Shown: piece after piece, positions 61,781 through 64,000 of the stretch
Numbering within the stretch: position 1 is the stretch's first letter
Layout: every line of letters starts with the position of its first letter
DNA from: Candidatus Cloacimonadota bacterium
GTDB taxonomy: Bacteria > Cloacimonadota > Cloacimonadia > JGIOTU-2
Assembly (NCBI GenBank): GCA_018334695.1
Contig: JAGXLO010000001.1
Location: 7,551-71,550, forward strand
Reading direction: 5' to 3'
DNA: 64,000 nt
Program-made: the position numbers and the translations under genes
The notes under the pieces: generated by a model
What the model was told of the DNA's origin: nothing
The model's database searches: none
The model's input: the letters and a program-made list of their open reading frames with translations, nothing else

Positions 61781-61868
61781 AATTCTTTTTTTATCTCTTT
61801 TTCTTGACTATAACTACCTCCCAATCCTTGAAGTGAATATATTTCTAAAGTTATAAAAAAGGATTATT

Positions 61869-63779
61869 ATGAAAATAAATGTAAAATTTCCCGACGGTTC
61901 TATTCAACAATACGAAGAAGGGATTACTCCCTATAAAATCGCCAAAGGTATAAGCTCCGGTCTGGCAAAAGAAATAATAACCGCCAGCTACAATGATGAG
62001 CTCGTGGATCTTGAAAGAGAATTACACAAAGATGGAGAGATATTTCTCTACAAATTCAAAGCCAGACCAGCCAAAGATGTTTACTGGCACAGCTCCTCCC
62101 ACGTTATGGCACAGGCTGTAAAGAGATTGTTCCCGGAAGCAAAGCTGGCAATAGGACCTGCTATAGAAAAAGGTTTTTACTATGATTTTGATGTTAAGGA
62201 ACCCTTTACCGAAAAAGACCTGGAAAACATCGAAGCTGAGATGGAAAAAATTGTTGAGCAAAACTTTAAAATACAGCGTAAAGTTCTTTCTCGCGAACAG
62301 GCTATAGAGATGTTCGAACAGAGAAATGAAGATTACAAGATTGAAATGATAAACGAGATGCCCGAGCAAGAGACTATTTCTATTTATGTTCAGGGTGATT
62401 TTGTTGATCTGTGCAGAGGTCCGCATCTCAGATATACAGGCGACGTTGGTGCTTTTAAACTGCTCAAATTCTCCGGTGCCTATTGGCGTGGAGACGAAAA
62501 AAATCAGATGCTACAGCGCATTTACGGTATCTCATTTCCTAAGAAGAAGCAACTAAAAAAGTATCTAAAAAAACTGGAAGAAGCCAAAAAGCGTGATCAT
62601 AGAAAGATTGGAAAGAAATTAAATCTGTTTAGCTTTCATGCGGAAGGACCCGGTTTCCCCTTCTGGCATCATAATGGAATAGTTCTTATTGATCAGGTAA
62701 CAGGCTATCTGCGTAAAACTCTGGTAGAAAGAGGCTACAGAGAGATTCAAACTCCTATTATTCTCAAAGATGAACTCTGGCATCGCAGCGGGCACTGGGA
62801 TAATTATAAGGACAATATGTATTTTACCGAGATAGGTGATGAAGAATTTGCAGTTAAACCGATGAACTGTCCCGGATGTTTGCTTATTTATAACGAAGAA
62901 CTTCACTCCTATCGTGAATTTCCGCTCAAATACTCGGAACTGGGACTTGTTCACAGATACGAAAAATCCGGCGTTTTGCATGGACTTTTCCGTGTACGAC
63001 AGTTCACACAGGACGATGCCCACGTTTTCTGTACTCCGAATCAGCTGGAAGAAGAGATAGAAAAATTGATCGATCTCGTTTATGAAGTTTACCAGACTTT
63101 TGGGTTTGAAGACTTCTTCATTGAACTCTCCACCAAGCCGGAAAAAGCTATTGGCTGTAATGAAGTATGGGAAAAAGCAGAAAAAGCTCTGGCAAATGCT
63201 CTGGATAAAAAAAATATTTCGCACAAAGTTAACCAGGGCGAAGGAGCATTTTATGGTCCAAAGATTGACTTTCATATAAAAGACTCCCTCGATAGATTGT
63301 GGCAATGTGGTACCATTCAGGTTGACTTCTCTATGCCCGAACGCTTTGATCTGGAATATATAGGTGCTGACGGTGAAAAGCACAGACCGGTGATGATTCA
63401 TAGAGCTATTCTTGGTTCAATCGAGCGGTTTATTGGTATCCTAATCGAACATTATGCTGGTAACTTTCCTCTGTGGCTGGCTCCGGTGCAAGTAGAGATA
63501 ATCCCCATTAGTGAACAGCATCTGGAATATGCCGAAAAAATCCTGGCGAAACTTAAAGATAATGAGATCAGAGCAGAAGTTGATTACCAGGATGAAAAAG
63601 TAGGTTATAAGATAAGAGAAGCAGAAAAGCAGAAAATTCCCTACATGATAATTGTGGGTGATAATGAAATAGAGAATGAAAACATCTCAGTTCGTAAACA
63701 TCAAGAAGGAGATCAGGGCAGCGCAGAAATAAAAAACTTTGTAAAGAAGCTAAAAACCAAAATTGAAAATAAAGAATAA
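61869..63779 (+). CDS. thrS: threonine--tRNA ligase
   Basis: 636 aa with a TGS domain N-terminus (MKINVKFPDGS), the second additional domain, class II aaRS motifs (FRVRQFTQDDAHVF; GAFYGPKIDF) and a C-terminal anticodon-binding domain. Confidence 0.95.
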   Translation: MKINVKFPDGSIQQYEEGITPYKIAKGISSGLAKEIITASYNDELVDLERELHKDGEIFLYKFKARPAKDVYWHSSSHVMAQAVKRLFPEAKLAIGPAIEKGFYYDFDVKEPFTEKDLENIEAEMEKIVEQNFKIQRKVLSREQAIEMFEQRNEDYKIEMINEMPEQETISIYVQGDFVDLCRGPHLRYTGDVGAFKLLKFSGAYWRGDEKNQMLQRIYGISFPKKKQLKKYLKKLEEAKKRDHRKIGKKLNLFSFHAEGPGFPFWHHNGIVLIDQVTGYLRKTLVERGYREIQTPIILKDELWHRSGHWDNYKDNMYFTEIGDEEFAVKPMNCPGCLLIYNEELHSYREFPLKYSELGLVHRYEKSGVLHGLFRVRQFTQDDAHVFCTPNQLEEEIEKLIDLVYEVYQTFGFEDFFIELSTKPEKAIGCNEVWEKAEKALANALDKKNISHKVNQGEGAFYGPKIDFHIKDSLDRLWQCGTIQVDFSMPERFDLEYIGADGEKHRPVMIHRAILGSIERFIGILIEHYAGNFPLWLAPVQVEIIPISEQHLEYAEKILAKLKDNEIRAEVDYQDEKVGYKIREAEKQKIPYMIIVGDNEIENENISVRKHQEGDQGSAEIKNFVKKLKTKIENKE

Positions 63780-63841
63780 GTTAGCACAGCATTACTCAAC
63801 CTATAATCTTGTTCATGTTTTCCGTCTAATTTACTATTAAG

Positions 63842-64000
63842 ATGTTAGTTAAGGCAAAGCCAGACGAATCCCTACTTAAACCAATTCCACGTAAAATAGG
63901 TAGAAAAAATATCGGCTGGAAACCCAATAAAATTCCATTTTGTGGTACTGATATTTGGAATTGCTATGAATTTTCCTTTTTGCAGGAAAGTGGTAAGCCG
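63842..64000 (+). CDS. queF: NADPH-dependent 7-cyano-7-deazaguanine reductase QueF, N-terminal fragment (3' end outside window)
   Basis: MLVKAKPDESLLKPIPRKIGRKNIGWKPNKIPFCGTDIWNCYEFSFLQESGKP matches the QueF N-terminal region (..D.SLL..IPR......L.......F.G.DIWN.YE.SWLN..GKP in E. coli-type QueF). Confidence 0.6.
   Translation, partial: MLVKAKPDESLLKPIPRKIGRKNIGWKPNKIPFCGTDIWNCYEFSFLQESGKP

Overview
This is a 64-kb stretch of a very AT-rich bacterial chromosome, estimated at 30-35% GC. Genes are tightly packed with few long gaps, Shine-Dalgarno sites are of the GGAGG/AAGGAG type, and the content suggests an anaerobic, probably uncultivated lineage. No integrase, transposase, CRISPR array or phage genes are visible, so this is chromosomal backbone rather than a mobile island.

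The core content is housekeeping. It includes the RtcB C-terminus plus archease, a divergent EF-G paralog, yebC-ruvC-ruvA, rsmB, gyrB-gyrA, and a pyrimidine-nucleoside phosphorylase. The canonical rpmF-plsX-fabH-fabD-fabG-acpP-fabF-rnc operon is present, with rpmF missed by the ORF track. Also present are an orphan lpd, a Cache-PAS-GGDEF sensor, phosphoketolase, RNase R, yicC, tRNA-Thr(CGU), tmRNA (ssrA) and mgtE. A co-directional minus-strand cluster carries a tandem ThyX-like gene, a tungsten-type aldehyde:ferredoxin oxidoreductase, deoC with a Cys-rich tail, ricT/yaaT, a GlmU-like LbH nucleotidyltransferase, a MeaB-type GTPase and a small ORF. The window ends with lon, tRNA-Pro(CGG), hup, thrS and the start of queF.

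The most unusual items are:
- an EF-G paralog in which the P-loop and the catalytic histidine are replaced;
- a 973-aa protein joining a GlmL/MutL-like actin-fold ATPase N-terminus to several biotinyl/lipoyl-like hybrid-barrel motifs, behind an exceptional ~700-bp AT-rich intergenic region;
- a ~580-bp leader upstream of thrS that switches from a purine-rich block with AGTGACA heptads to an 88-nt G-free C/A-rich block of CCTAAAC-like repeats, which is G-quadruplex-capable on the opposite strand;
- a 31-aa polybasic microprotein with a strong SD immediately after hup;
- a deoC-aor pairing that suggests deoxyribose-to-acetate catabolism;
- an orphan MeaB GTPase with no mutase partner.

I could not identify a single clear new system such as a defence island. 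The candidates above are the places most worth follow-up.
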